A model generated the notes under the pieces. The model saw only the letters and a list, made by a program, of their open reading frames with translations, was not told the DNA's origin and searched no databases. The position numbers and the translations under genes were made by a program. Shown here in pieces: positions 7,660 to 17,669 of a DNA stretch of 64,000 bases. The stretch covers positions 248,001-312,000 of IMG/VR virus record IMGVR_UViG_3300032046_000001; one strand, given 5' to 3'. Position 1 is the stretch's first letter. Every line of letters begins with the position of its first letter.

Positions 7660-7939
7660 CTTTTATAAAATTTATTTCTAATTTATATCCAAATTGAAGG
7701 CAAATTTCAGTCATAATACTAACCACTGTATTATTAATCTCACTATTATCAAATGCGTAGTTAACATGTATCCAATCAAGACCAATTAAATCGCATAATG
7801 TCTTGTTTTCTTTGTTTAAAATTTCAATTATTTTTTCTCTGATTTGAGATAAGTTTTGAAGTTGTAGTTCTTTTCTTTTAATATACAAGGGAATTAATTC
7901 CTCTTCCATTGTTTCATCCTGTAACATTATTTCCTCCAT
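7646..7939 (-). CDS. Hypothetical protein
   Basis: ORF with GGAGG RBS. Confidence 0.6.
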   Translation of the reverse strand: MEEIMLQDETMEEELIPLYIKRKELQLQNLSQIREKIIEILNKENKTLCDLIGLDWIHVNYAFDNSEINNTVVSIMTEICLQFGYKLEINFIKDENK

Positions 7940-7946
7940 TATTTTA

Positions 7947-8819
7947 TTACATATTATCCCTTAAAATTTGTCTACCAACATGAGTTGATGTGTTTTCATT
8001 AGTTGGAAACTCACCAGTCACTAATCCAATCATAATATTGTCTATTTTAATATGATGTAAATTATCTCTGATATCTTTTTGAAGGTTTAGAAAATATTCA
8101 CACATATCTCCGTTTGTCCTCATAGTAGACCAGTTTTCAGTATTAGCGATAACCTTATATAACATCTTGACCATTTCTCTATTAGCTGATTCAGTTAATC
8201 GTTGTTCAATATTGATTGTATTTTCTTTAAATAATACTGCATTATTATTTTTAACTTTGACAATATAATATGGAATTAGATTTTGATGTGCCATTGATAT
8301 AATCAAATAATTTGATTTTCCACCATAACACTTCAAACAATAATCATTGAATATATGTACCATTCTGAATCCAGAATTATACACCGATATTTCAGAGACA
8401 GGTAAATCTAATACTGGAATCTTATCCGCATTTTTGAAAATTAATAATTCGCGCCTTTTATTACCATCTGAAAGAAATCCACCTTTGGGATGGGGAATAC
8501 TCAAAAATAAATATTCATCTGAATTAACACCTTTTACTCCAGCAGTTACAGATTTAATATCTGCTCCTTCTGGAAGTTCTGTTTTATATCTCTTCATCCA
8601 CTCACTTAATGAAGTTATGGGTATTGCGATTTTTGGTTGCCTTGTAGTAGAAACTTGATCAGTAGTTTCTGTTATACAATCTTCAACAACTGGTTCAATT
8701 TCTTGAGTTGATTTTTTACGATATTTCCTTTTAGTTGGGACTATAGCATCAATATCTTTTGGTATACCTGTAATCCCTTCGATCATTTTCAATATATCGT
8801 CATCTTTATCATCAATCAT
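7947..8819 (-). CDS. Hypothetical protein (290 aa)
   Basis: Long ORF, no recognisable motif. Confidence 0.8.
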   Translation of the reverse strand: MIDDKDDDILKMIEGITGIPKDIDAIVPTKRKYRKKSTQEIEPVVEDCITETTDQVSTTRQPKIAIPITSLSEWMKRYKTELPEGADIKSVTAGVKGVNSDEYLFLSIPHPKGGFLSDGNKRRELLIFKNADKIPVLDLPVSEISVYNSGFRMVHIFNDYCLKCYGGKSNYLIISMAHQNLIPYYIVKVKNNNAVLFKENTINIEQRLTESANREMVKMLYKVIANTENWSTMRTNGDMCEYFLNLQKDIRDNLHHIKIDNIMIGLVTGEFPTNENTSTHVGRQILRDNM

Positions 8820-8850
8820 TGAAAAAATTTATTCCTTTCATTATAAAATA

Positions 8851-8884
8851 TTTGGAAGATCCGAGTAATTTCGGATCTTCCAAA
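8851..8884 (-). terminator. Intrinsic terminator-like hairpin
   Basis: 14-bp perfect stem TTTGGAAGATCCGA/TCGGATCTTCCAAA directly after the stop at 8889. Confidence 0.75.
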
Positions 8885-8888
8885 ACAA

Positions 8889-9086
8889 TTAGAGAATACT
8901 ATGACGAGCACAATATGCTCCTTTTATTATTTTGTCACTATTTTTGGGATTATGATACGATCTAAGTCCAACAGGATCATTATGTTCTGATGGATATGGT
9001 GCTTTAAACCAAGTATAAATACCTGTTTCTAATTCCCACAGACATTGTGGGCATGTTGGTAAAACAGAATCATCTTTTCTTTTCAT
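8889..9086 (-). CDS. Small putative zinc-finger protein
   Basis: CPQC...CARH. Confidence 0.6.
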   Translation of the reverse strand: MKRKDDSVLPTCPQCLWELETGIYTWFKAPYPSEHNDPVGLRSYHNPKNSDKIIKGAYCARHSIL

Positions 9087-9310
9087 AAAATTGGATTTGC
9101 TGAAAATCTATTTTTGCCCTCGTTTACATAGCTGACTTTATACATTACGCCATTAATTGAAAATACAGTTCCTGTTGATGGTAATAATTGAGGCGGGACG
9201 TCAGCCTGTTTTGGTGCCAAAGATTCCTTAATTTCTTCAAGAGTCGCTGGTACTGTTACTACCGGAAATTCATTTCCATTTTGATCCTTAAAAATCACTT
9301 CATCAGACAT
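9083..9310 (-). CDS. Hypothetical protein
   Basis: AGGAG RBS, ATGA coupling. Confidence 0.7.
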   Translation of the reverse strand: MSDEVIFKDQNGNEFPVVTVPATLEEIKESLAPKQADVPPQLLPSTGTVFSINGVMYKVSYVNEGKNRFSANPIL

Positions 9311-9323
9311 AATTTATTCTCCT

Positions 9324-9980
9324 TTAAATATTTTGATGATATTTATCATTTAAAATTTTTCGTATACTACTTATTGCGTGTTGTTCATATTTTTCTCTAA
9401 ATAATTCAGTACGAAAAATATGTTTTTTTGGATCTAAAAGAGTTAGTAAAAAATTTATTCTGGCATTTTTACTGAATGATAATCCATATTCCTTTTCAAT
9501 ATTATCATCATATTGATTGAAAGTTTCTTCATCAGAACCTAATATTGAAAAATCAATGTCATACATATAATTATATTCAATTATTGGTTTGGTTGATGTT
9601 CCATATTTTGTTTCTAAAATTAAATCAGCAACTAAATCTGGATTTAATATCAAGTCTAACTCATATATTGATCTTACTGCTTCTATAGAACTTAATAATT
9701 CTGATTCTCCATTATAAGTAGTCATGATAAAATCATGCCAGAATATGGCGTACTCCATTTCTTCACGATTTGGAAGGGTTTGCTTGATACTATCTAATAG
9801 ATCAATACTTCTCATAATATGATCAATATTATGATAATGTCTTCTATGAGAAGTATATGCCGATATTAATTGATTTAAATATGCGGAGTGACTAAATCCA
9901 CCACCATATAACGCAACACTTTGACATAATCTTGAAAATCTTTCTCTAAATGATGATATATCCATTATGACCACCACCAA
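9324..9980 (-). CDS. HD-superfamily metal-dependent phosphohydrolase
   Basis: RHYHNIDHI, FWHD, DIDFSILG, IEKEY. Confidence 0.88.
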   Translation of the reverse strand: MVVVIMDISSFRERFSRLCQSVALYGGGFSHSAYLNQLISAYTSHRRHYHNIDHIMRSIDLLDSIKQTLPNREEMEYAIFWHDFIMTTYNGESELLSSIEAVRSIYELDLILNPDLVADLILETKYGTSTKPIIEYNYMYDIDFSILGSDEETFNQYDDNIEKEYGLSFSKNARINFLLTLLDPKKHIFRTELFREKYEQHAISSIRKILNDKYHQNI

Positions 9981-11131
9981 TATCGCTGAATTGTCTCAGC
10001 TAATTTATGAAAACATTCTCGATCAAATTCAGTATCTGATACATTTGAATTATTGAATGTGATAATATCTCCGTGACCATCTTTTTTAATTTGATCTTGT
10101 ATTCGTTTTCTAAGTTCTCCTGATGTTAATTGACTATTGATTCTTTCTTCGATTTGTTTATCAGTTAAAGATCTTGATCTTAATCTTTCATATTGTTCAC
10201 TTGGGCTTGTCTCAACCAAGATCACATTGTTATTAGATAGATAACCCAAATTAAAATCTAATATTTTATTACCGAATAAATAGGCACAATTCAGAAGAAT
10301 AATACAATCTTTATTTTTCTGTAATTTCTCTCGATAGAGCATGAATAGAGCTTCATCTACTAATTTATATAGTTTAATCAATCTTTCAGGATTAGGGAAA
10401 ACTTTCTCAGCCAGGATATGAGAATCTATCAAACACATACAATTATTATTAGAAAATATAATATCATCACCAAATTCGTCAACAATGTTTCGACGAATTT
10501 GTGTATAATATGGTTGAAATCTCTGTGTATAAATCTCATGAACAAGATTATCGAAGTCTATATTAATCATCTTTAATGAACCAGCTTCAATTATCTTTTT
10601 TGTGACGAATGACTTACCACAACCGATACCACCTACAACTCCAATAATTATTTGTCCAGAAATTTTTTTCTCAAGAGCTTGTTTGACATATAAAGGTACA
10701 AACTCATGAATGAATCCTTTGTGTTGTTCTAATACTTTAACAACAGAAGAACTCACATTTTCATACTTCTGTTCCGAAAATAAAAGTAAAGTCTCGATAT
10801 TGGGAGCTTGTGATTTACCAACTTTATATAGATTTGTTTCATACTGATAATCTTCTTGATTTCGGACACTTTTCACAATGATATCTATACCGTTTAAGAT
10901 CGCATAATCAACAAGCAACCCATCAAATGCTGATACTTCAACATTAGGTATATGAGCAACTGATTTACGGATAAGTTCCAATCTCTCATATAAATTAAAA
11001 ACATACTTCTTTGTTTCATTAATTCCAACGGCAACATGTACTTGTTCAAATAGTTTAGCTGCTCGTTCGATTGTATTTATATGACCAAAATGGATCGGGT
11101 CTCCACTCAGAGCAAACATAGCTTTTGACAT
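9965..11131 (-). CDS. coaD: Bifunctional phosphopantetheine adenylyltransferase / dephospho-CoA kinase (CoaD-CoaE fusion)
   Basis: N-half GDPIHFGH, GLLVDY, VSSSVVK (CoaD); C-half IIGVVGGIGCGKS, RLRSR...ERINSQ (CoaE). Confidence 0.9.
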   Translation of the reverse strand: MSKAMFALSGDPIHFGHINTIERAAKLFEQVHVAVGINETKKYVFNLYERLELIRKSVAHIPNVEVSAFDGLLVDYAILNGIDIIVKSVRNQEDYQYETNLYKVGKSQAPNIETLLLFSEQKYENVSSSVVKVLEQHKGFIHEFVPLYVKQALEKKISGQIIIGVVGGIGCGKSFVTKKIIEAGSLKMINIDFDNLVHEIYTQRFQPYYTQIRRNIVDEFGDDIIFSNNNCMCLIDSHILAEKVFPNPERLIKLYKLVDEALFMLYREKLQKNKDCIILLNCAYLFGNKILDFNLGYLSNNNVILVETSPSEQYERLRSRSLTDKQIEERINSQLTSGELRKRIQDQIKKDGHGDIITFNNSNVSDTEFDRECFHKLAETIQRYWWWS

Positions 11132-11141
11132 AATCGATCTC

Positions 11142-11354
11142 CTATGGTGTATCTACTTCTATTACTGTCTCATCAATACTTAATTCAACTATATAAAATA
11201 TAATATTTCTATAATTAGAATTTGGATCTTTTCTTTCATCAATAATCCATTCGTTTATCCTATTTTCATCTTCGGAAGAATAAACACAATCTCCTTGTGG
11301 TGAATTAATTCTACATTCAAATTTGATATATGTTTTTTCCATTGTTTCTCTCAT
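11142..11354 (-). CDS. Hypothetical protein, paralog of 11772-12038
   Basis: FE.R..SP.G..VY....I..W pattern shared. Confidence 0.7.
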   Translation of the reverse strand: MRETMEKTYIKFECRINSPQGDCVYSSEDENRINEWIIDERKDPNSNYRNIIFYIVELSIDETVIEVDTP

Positions 11355-11364
11355 TGTTTTTCTC

Positions 11365-11778
11365 CTATTTCTTTTTTTTCACAAAATACCGTGGCCAATT
11401 TTCATAACTTCCATTAATAACTGGTGTATTAGGAAACCATGTATTTTTATGGTTGAATTGATCTGTGAGCAAAACTGTTAATTCACCACGTTCCATTTGT
11501 TCATACCGAATGGGACAATCTTTTTTGAAGGCGTCCCAAGCGTCAATGACATTCTGTTTTTCTTTTTGTTGTGTATGTTCACCATCTTTATATGGAGCTT
11601 TGTATGTATATAAACAATAATGTTCGGTATTATCCGATACTTTGATATTTTCTTCTAATATTGGAGACCATGTATATTCTCCTACTCTTACTACAAAATA
11701 ATAATTTATATATACAAGTCCGATATGCTCCCAAGTTCTATCAATACGTGATGGATCTACTCCTTGTTTTGTTAACAT
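11365..11778 (-). CDS. Hypothetical protein
   Basis: ORF in array. Confidence 0.7.
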   Translation of the reverse strand: MLTKQGVDPSRIDRTWEHIGLVYINYYFVVRVGEYTWSPILEENIKVSDNTEHYCLYTYKAPYKDGEHTQQKEKQNVIDAWDAFKKDCPIRYEQMERGELTVLLTDQFNHKNTWFPNTPVINGSYENWPRYFVKKKK

Positions 11779-12038
11779 TTTGTTTGCCTCTTCACAATAT
11801 TCGTATATATAGGTTTTGTCTTTGTCTCCATAACCACAAAATCATGTTTACAGTATTTTCCTTCTTCTCTTTGTCTATTCATCCATCCGATTATTTCACT
11901 TAAACCAGTACCAGTATATACTCTTCTACCTTTTGGACTATCAAGTCGAATTTCAAATATCGTTCGTCCCTTATCATTTTCTATAAATTCTTCACTATAA
12001 TTCATATACAATCTTTTGTCATAATAGGTTCTTTCCAA
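11772..12038 (-). CDS. Hypothetical protein, paralog of 11142-11354
   Basis: See paralog. Confidence 0.7.
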   Translation of the reverse strand: MERTYYDKRLYMNYSEEFIENDKGRTIFEIRLDSPKGRRVYTGTGLSEIIGWMNRQREEGKYCKHDFVVMETKTKPIYTNIVKRQTKC

Positions 12039-12202
12039 TCATCATCTTGGATTGGTTTGGTATCATACCAATCCAATATAGCTCCACAGTATGGACACCA
12101 ATAAATATATGTTTCACCACCAGATGATGAATGTGGGTGTTCATGATGTTCAATTAATTCCATCTGATAATTACAAAATTTACAAATTTCATCAAAATTC
12201 AT
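12002..12202 (-). CDS. Zinc-ribbon protein
   Basis: CKFC...WCPYCG; start re-placed at MNFDEIC. Confidence 0.65.
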   Translation of the reverse strand: MNFDEICKFCNYQMELIEHHEHPHSSSGGETYIYWCPYCGAILDWYDTKPIQDDDWKEPIMTKDCI

Positions 12203-12218
12203 TTTTTCAAACCTGTTC

Positions 12219-13211
12219 CTATATAGTATTTTTATGATATTCGTAGAACTTATTATTATAATCACGACATACATCTAAACAATTATTACGACATATAGAA
12301 TCTTTATAAGTATCATGGTTTTTATACCAATTATATCTTTCTTCCATTATCTTATTTCTGATAATTGAGTGTTTCGATCCACAATGTAATATATTTCCGA
12401 TTGGTTTTCCCTTTTCTCGCATATAAATAATACATGGATAATGATATTCTCCGGCGATTGCTATATCATCTAATACCAATGGACATCGATTATAATCAGA
12501 TAAAGAAAGACCTCGTACTGGAATATTATTTATGATATTGTTATACCGATATTTTAGTATTGGATGTTTATATAATATAGACGATTCAATATAAAATGTT
12601 GGATATTGTGTCCCATTTTGCGCTGCTGGTATAATGCGTATATCATCTACATGTAAGTCATGTGCTAATCTAATTATATCTCCCAATTCGGACATATTTT
12701 GTTCAGTCAATACCACACCAACTGTTATATAAGATATCAATGATAAAAATTCAATTGTATCTATTACCTTTTTCCATTGACCTGTTTTTCCAGTCATTGT
12801 GTCACCTGTTGATGAACAACACGAATCCAGTGAAACAGAAAAATCATTCACTCCTGCGGCCATTAAATAAAAATATAATTCTTGATCATTAGACCCATTT
12901 GTTGAAATGGCAATATGTCCTATGTTATTTTGTCTCGCATATTTAATCATTTTTAACAGATCTTTATTTAAAGTTGGTTCTCCTCCTGAAAATCTGATAT
13001 TCCTGATTTTATTATTGAATATATCAAGAATACATTTAATAGAATCTATCGTAAGATCACCACATAATTTATCTTCGAGTCCACGACAATATGGACATTT
13101 AAAATTACATCTATCGGTAATTATTATTTCACATCGATTGATTATACCATCGGGAATTTTTTTTACTCTTTCTTCACACAATGTATAAAAACCTATTTCT
13201 TCAAGATTCAT
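12219..13211 (-). CDS. Radical SAM enzyme (MoaA/PqqE-like superfamily)
   Basis: CNFKCPYC, FSGGEPTL, STNG, C-terminal YPC...CRNNCLDVC auxiliary Cys. Confidence 0.92.
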   Translation of the reverse strand: MNLEEIGFYTLCEERVKKIPDGIINRCEIIITDRCNFKCPYCRGLEDKLCGDLTIDSIKCILDIFNNKIRNIRFSGGEPTLNKDLLKMIKYARQNNIGHIAISTNGSNDQELYFYLMAAGVNDFSVSLDSCCSSTGDTMTGKTGQWKKVIDTIEFLSLISYITVGVVLTEQNMSELGDIIRLAHDLHVDDIRIIPAAQNGTQYPTFYIESSILYKHPILKYRYNNIINNIPVRGLSLSDYNRCPLVLDDIAIAGEYHYPCIIYMREKGKPIGNILHCGSKHSIIRNKIMEERYNWYKNHDTYKDSICRNNCLDVCRDYNNKFYEYHKNTI

Positions 13212-13264
13212 AATTTATACTCCTTTCAATAATAAAATGTAATATATCTCCATATTTTCAAATT

Positions 13265-13591
13265 TTATTTTCTATAATTCCAATAACTTCTTTCATCTAT
13301 TAATTCAGTACATTTTTCAAACCATTCATCCACTGTATAAATTTCTGGTAAATTCAAACTAATTTTACCATAAGCACCATTATGAATTATATCAGAGGCA
13401 TAAAACGTATAACCTCCAATTTTAAAGGAATGTTTAAGATATATATTTTTTTCAAAATCATAACAAGCTCTACACTCCCGTTCTATATCACATAATAATG
13501 CCTCAGCAGATTCATACTCAGCGGGGAAAATAATTTCCCCGCCTTCATACTCACTACCATATTGATAAATAATAACGAGTCTCATCAACAA
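13265..13591 (-). CDS. Hypothetical protein
   Basis: ORF; C-terminal PEIYTVDEWF. Confidence 0.7.
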   Translation of the reverse strand: MLMRLVIIYQYGSEYEGGEIIFPAEYESAEALLCDIERECRACYDFEKNIYLKHSFKIGGYTFYASDIIHNGAYGKISLNLPEIYTVDEWFEKCTELIDERSYWNYRK

Positions 13592-15591
13592 TCACCAGAT
13601 TCGATTCGTTTCTTCATTATTTCTTTCAATTCTTGAAGCTCTCTGCTAACCCAAACCGATTGTCTCTTTGGAAATTTAAGATCTTTCCATTGAGGTTTCA
13701 ATAATGCCATTTCAGACTGATGATATATCTTAATTTCATTAGCCATCAATGGCACTGTTAATCTCACATCATTCTGTAAAGTAGGTTGTAGCATGTTATG
13801 ACGAATATCCCTTAGATCAGTATATCGTCTTCTTCCACTATTCGACCGCTCAACCATCTCTTGAGAATCAGATTTTGGTTGATCTTTTAAAGAAGTTGAA
13901 TACTCTCCTTCAGAATCACGATGTAATGATTTTTTACCAGGATCGGTCATTTTCTCTATACTACTACTAAGTTTGATGGTTGGATTACCATCAATATCAA
14001 CTAATTTATAAACAACTCCTAACGGTACAGGAACAAGTTTAGTTCCAATACCATCAGCATCATTAGCTGCTTCTTTTTCCATCATCAACATTCTAGTATC
14101 TTCATCAATATCATTAGATGTAACGATCTTTACTGCTTTAAATCCGTTATCATCCAGAATCTTTCTTACAGTTTGAGAATCCCAAATTAAATCACCGGAA
14201 TCGATACGAACTTTAAATCTCCGTAAACCGTGTTTATTTGCCGTTTTAAGGGCATCTCTTAGTCCTGTGAAGGTTCCATAGGTATCTAAAATAAATGCGG
14301 ATTTCTCCCCAAATAACGAAGCCTGGGCATCAAAACTATAGAGTTGTCTCCTGTATGCCTCAACGGAACTATGGCTTGCTGTTCCTGATAATGGAATACC
14401 ATATACTTGTCCCGCTAAAACATTAGAACTTGATGTTGCCCCAGTGATATAGAATGCTCTTGATAATTCCAATGCCGCTTCTCTACCCATTCCTCTTCGC
14501 ATATGAAAGTCTGCCCAAGGAACAGATGGATTAGCCAATGTCATTCTGGCACCATTGGTAGCACCAGCAATAACATATCCCATACATCCTAATATATAGG
14601 TTTCAATAAAATCACCGATTGCCAAAGGTGCTGTTATTTGAATTAAAGGAATATGGGGTTGAATAACAGTTCCTTCTGGAACCATTTCAACATATCCTTT
14701 AAACGATAACTCTCTTAAGTATTCATATAATATCTCTGGAAAGTTCCATTGAGATTTGATAAAATCGATATCTCTTCCAGTCATTTCAAGCTGTTGGAGA
14801 TATTCAATTACTTTTTCATTTCCCATCATTATACCGAAACTACCATTCTTTGGATTGTTTCGATAAAACATGTTAAACGTAGCGATGTCGTCTTGTTTAC
14901 CAGAATGTAAATACATCGCCATTTTCAATAGTTGATAAAAATCTGTTGACATGGCTGAGTTTAGAGGAGGTTTATCTGTAATATAAAATCTATTACCTTG
15001 AGGATCTTGAATTTCAACATAACCATTCTTCATCACTTTCAATATTTTATTACCGCTATTGACAAGTGATTCTAAAAACTTATCATTCATTAAAACAATT
15101 CCCTCCAGTTTCGTTTGAATAAGGTTGGTTGATCTACCATACCAGTATATTCGAATTTTCTTTTTCCCAAATTTAAAAGCCTCATATGGCTTTAATATAT
15201 CAATTCTTGATCGAAATCGAGAACTTGTTTTATCAAGAACGATTTTTTCTCTAACTACATTATCGCTCTTGTAATAAATTTTTGTGTTTCGATCTAATCC
15301 TAATTTTACCAGATCTTTCGAAACAGCAATAATTTTGTGACGATTCTTGTTATGAATCCTGTCATTCCACGCACAAATATTTGGTGTAGAATCACATTGT
15401 TTTTTTGTGGCATTATATGCAGTTGCATCAACAATCTTACTATTTATAATCGGAATTTCCGATTGTTTAATACTCCAAATATAAAAAGATCTAAAATGAT
15501 TTTTTGATTGAGTATCATAAATTTTTGAAGTTGTAATTACTACCGGACACAATATAATTAAAATAAATAACATCATAAATGTCTTTTTCAA
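13585..15591 (-). CDS. pncB: Nicotinate phosphoribosyltransferase with in-frame N-terminal signal/3D (peptidoglycan hydrolase-like) domain; internal start at 15090
   Basis: TDFYQL, DFHMRR, GTASHS, LDTYG, VRIDSGD, VYKLV (NAPRTase); N-terminal ATAYN...IAVSKD...LDKT...RIDI...FGKKKIRIY (3D); GGAGGG RBS before MNDKF. Confidence 0.88.
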   Translation of the reverse strand: MKKTFMMLFILIILCPVVITTSKIYDTQSKNHFRSFYIWSIKQSEIPIINSKIVDATAYNATKKQCDSTPNICAWNDRIHNKNRHKIIAVSKDLVKLGLDRNTKIYYKSDNVVREKIVLDKTSSRFRSRIDILKPYEAFKFGKKKIRIYWYGRSTNLIQTKLEGIVLMNDKFLESLVNSGNKILKVMKNGYVEIQDPQGNRFYITDKPPLNSAMSTDFYQLLKMAMYLHSGKQDDIATFNMFYRNNPKNGSFGIMMGNEKVIEYLQQLEMTGRDIDFIKSQWNFPEILYEYLRELSFKGYVEMVPEGTVIQPHIPLIQITAPLAIGDFIETYILGCMGYVIAGATNGARMTLANPSVPWADFHMRRGMGREAALELSRAFYITGATSSSNVLAGQVYGIPLSGTASHSSVEAYRRQLYSFDAQASLFGEKSAFILDTYGTFTGLRDALKTANKHGLRRFKVRIDSGDLIWDSQTVRKILDDNGFKAVKIVTSNDIDEDTRMLMMEKEAANDADGIGTKLVPVPLGVVYKLVDIDGNPTIKLSSSIEKMTDPGKKSLHRDSEGEYSTSLKDQPKSDSQEMVERSNSGRRRYTDLRDIRHNMLQPTLQNDVRLTVPLMANEIKIYHQSEMALLKPQWKDLKFPKRQSVWVSRELQELKEIMKKRIESGDC

Positions 15592-15602
15592 ATTATTATC
15601 TC

Positions 15603-15965
15603 CTATTTAATTATTCTATTTTTATTATGATCTCCTGTATGTTTAGACGTAGGTTTTTTTTCTAAATTTTCAAAAGTATTTTCTAATTTATTTTTATTTT
15701 TATGGTGAATAACTTCATCACATTTTAATTTTTCTATAAAAGTTTCATATAGTAAACGATGAACTCTCCTAGTTTTTATTATTTTATTTTGACATAAACG
15801 AGCACGAAGATATCCAGTACTACTCTTGGTTTGTTTTAATATTTTATTTTTCTTGATAGATTTAATTCTACTAAAATTACTTATTAGATATTCTGGAAAC
15901 TCTTCGATTATTTTCCAAGTTTCATTTTTTAAATCTCGTAAGTTTAAATTTTTATATATTTTCAC
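15603..15965 (-). CDS. NUMOD4-HNH homing endonuclease (short)
   Basis: ETWKII..YLISNFSRIKS, RVHRLLYETF, IHHKNKNKLEN..ENL. Confidence 0.88.
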   Translation of the reverse strand: MKIYKNLNLRDLKNETWKIIEEFPEYLISNFSRIKSIKKNKILKQTKSSTGYLRARLCQNKIIKTRRVHRLLYETFIEKLKCDEVIHHKNKNKLENTFENLEKKPTSKHTGDHNKNRIIK

Positions 15966-15992
15966 TAAAATTCCTTTTTAAAAAATTTATAA

Positions 15993-16040
15993 AAAAAATC
16001 CTCTGGATTAGGAGGGAGTAAAATATCCAGAGGATTTTTT
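15993..16040 (-). terminator. Intrinsic terminator hairpin
   Basis: AAAAAATCCTCTGGAT/ATCCAGAGGATTTTTT inverted repeat with U-tract after the SPFH gene. Confidence 0.8.
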
Positions 16041-16061
16041 CAATTAATACTGTTAAACAAA

Positions 16062-17000
16062 CTATTCTTTGGTTGGGAATGTCTGTTTGTAGAGCATTGA
16101 ACTCCCTACTATGGGACCGAAATTCTTACTGGTTAGTGCATCATAAGGTGCCAACATAAAAGTATTATTTGGACCCTTTGCCATTTCTTCGTACATCTTG
16201 TACTGTTCTAATGCTAATACAGCCGGTGTTAAGGAGGCACCGACAATGGCATTGGCTTTGGCTGTAGCTCTCGCTCTTTCTACTTGGGCTTCGCCTTCCT
16301 TAATGGCAATCTCTGTCTGTCGTTCAGCTTCTCTTGTCCGCGCTTGGGCTTCTGCGGCCTTCTGTAAATCATCAAGTTCGGCATTTTTAATAGCCGTTTT
16401 CTTGTTCTTGATCTTTTCCTCATAATCCAGGTCAGATACCTTAAGGCCGGTGGTGATTATCGGGAATCCCTTACCCTTTATTTCAGCAGCAATCTGTTTG
16501 TTTAATTCATTCTCAATGGGTCCGCGTAGATCCTGGAGATTGTCAGTATTGTATGGTGCTACAACACTTCGTGTAGTACTCCGAATGGTACTTTGTATTA
16601 CGGCCTTGTAGAAGGTGGCGAATTCAACTTTGTATATCTTGGAGTCACTTGTGGGAGTTGGTTTCACTATACTCAGAATTTTCTTAACAGACTCATCATC
16701 CCGTAGGTCAAACTGGCCAAAGTACTTCACATCCATGATTACAGGTATCTGATCTTTACAGAGGATGTGCATCGTGTCTTCATCAAACTTATTGATGGAA
16801 CCGTCGATATAAATGGTAAGATCACGGCCATATGCGTGGTAGTTGCCATCACGAATGATATTGAAGTTTCCACCAGAATCCTTGATAACAATTACTGTTG
16901 CTGGAGGCACGGTCTTACCCATACAACCGAAGATCGAAGGAAGGACACATAAAATCAAAGCCATAAATAGTACATATTTCAGAGATTGTTTCGGATTCAT
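16062..17000 (-). CDS. SPFH/band-7 (prohibitin-like) lipoprotein
   Basis: Lipobox IFGC, SPFH core, AEAQA/AKAN coiled coil ending SLTP..L. Confidence 0.88.
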   Translation of the reverse strand: MNPKQSLKYVLFMALILCVLPSIFGCMGKTVPPATVIVIKDSGGNFNIIRDGNYHAYGRDLTIYIDGSINKFDEDTMHILCKDQIPVIMDVKYFGQFDLRDDESVKKILSIVKPTPTSDSKIYKVEFATFYKAVIQSTIRSTTRSVVAPYNTDNLQDLRGPIENELNKQIAAEIKGKGFPIITTGLKVSDLDYEEKIKNKKTAIKNAELDDLQKAAEAQARTREAERQTEIAIKEGEAQVERARATAKANAIVGASLTPAVLALEQYKMYEEMAKGPNNTFMLAPYDALTSKNFGPIVGSSMLYKQTFPTKE

Positions 17001-17063
17001 ATTAATGCTCCTTATATTAGAATAACATTGTTTAAACTACCATTAATATTAAGATTCTCCCTC

Positions 17064-17498
17064 CTAAAGAGTATCTAGATACTTCTGGAACTCATCACGA
17101 GCTTTTTGATTCTTTTCTCGAATCTTGTCGTTCAGTTCCATTTCACGTTTTTCTTTCATATCCTTAATGAGTTGTTCAATTGTATTCGGATCAGATGTTT
17201 TGTGATCCTCCAATTGTTTTTGATTATATTGCTCGGATTGTGTACCAACACCGCTGTCATATGATTTCACTGTTACATCATGAAGGAATATTCTGGAAGC
17301 GATAAATATGATCGCACCAGCGGTCAGAAGTACTTTAATAACAGAATAAATAACAGCCAGGACATTATACCATGATTCATTAACTTCAAAAATGGTGAAC
17401 AATTTCTTAATTCCCCATTTCGAAGTCATAAAGATGATAATCATAAATATGACCGATGCCACAAACCAAATCAGCGGTTGAATATGAAAATTTAACAT
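17064..17498 (-). CDS. Membrane protein (2 TM plus coiled coil), probable SPFH partner
   Basis: Two hydrophobic helices; same transcription unit as SPFH. Confidence 0.75.
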   Translation of the reverse strand: MLNFHIQPLIWFVASVIFMIIIFMTSKWGIKKLFTIFEVNESWYNVLAVIYSVIKVLLTAGAIIFIASRIFLHDVTVKSYDSGVGTQSEQYNQKQLEDHKTSDPNTIEQLIKDMKEKREMELNDKIREKNQKARDEFQKYLDTL

Positions 17499-17624
17499 AA
17501 TTTGTTCTCCTCTCGAAAAAGATTTCCTGAATCACTAATGTTGTCATCATAACTCTTCAGGTGGATAGTATCATTTATACGTGCTATTCATTTAACTACT
17601 ATGAATTGTAGAGATATAAATTAC

Positions 17625-17644
17625 TTCACATATTAATATATATA
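17625..17644 (-). promoter_or_regulatory. Conserved phage promoter-like motif, copy 3
   Basis: TATATATATTAATATGTGAA, identical to copy 1. Confidence 0.78.
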
Positions 17645-17669
17645 ATAACTTCGGTTTATTTCTAAATTA

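Noticed and set aside
9965-11131. Calling the HxGH nucleotidyltransferase NadD/NadR to complete the NAD pathway
   Set aside because: Motifs (GLLVDY, VSSS.VK) and the fused CoaE-type kinase fit CoaD much better; kept only as a testable side hypothesis.
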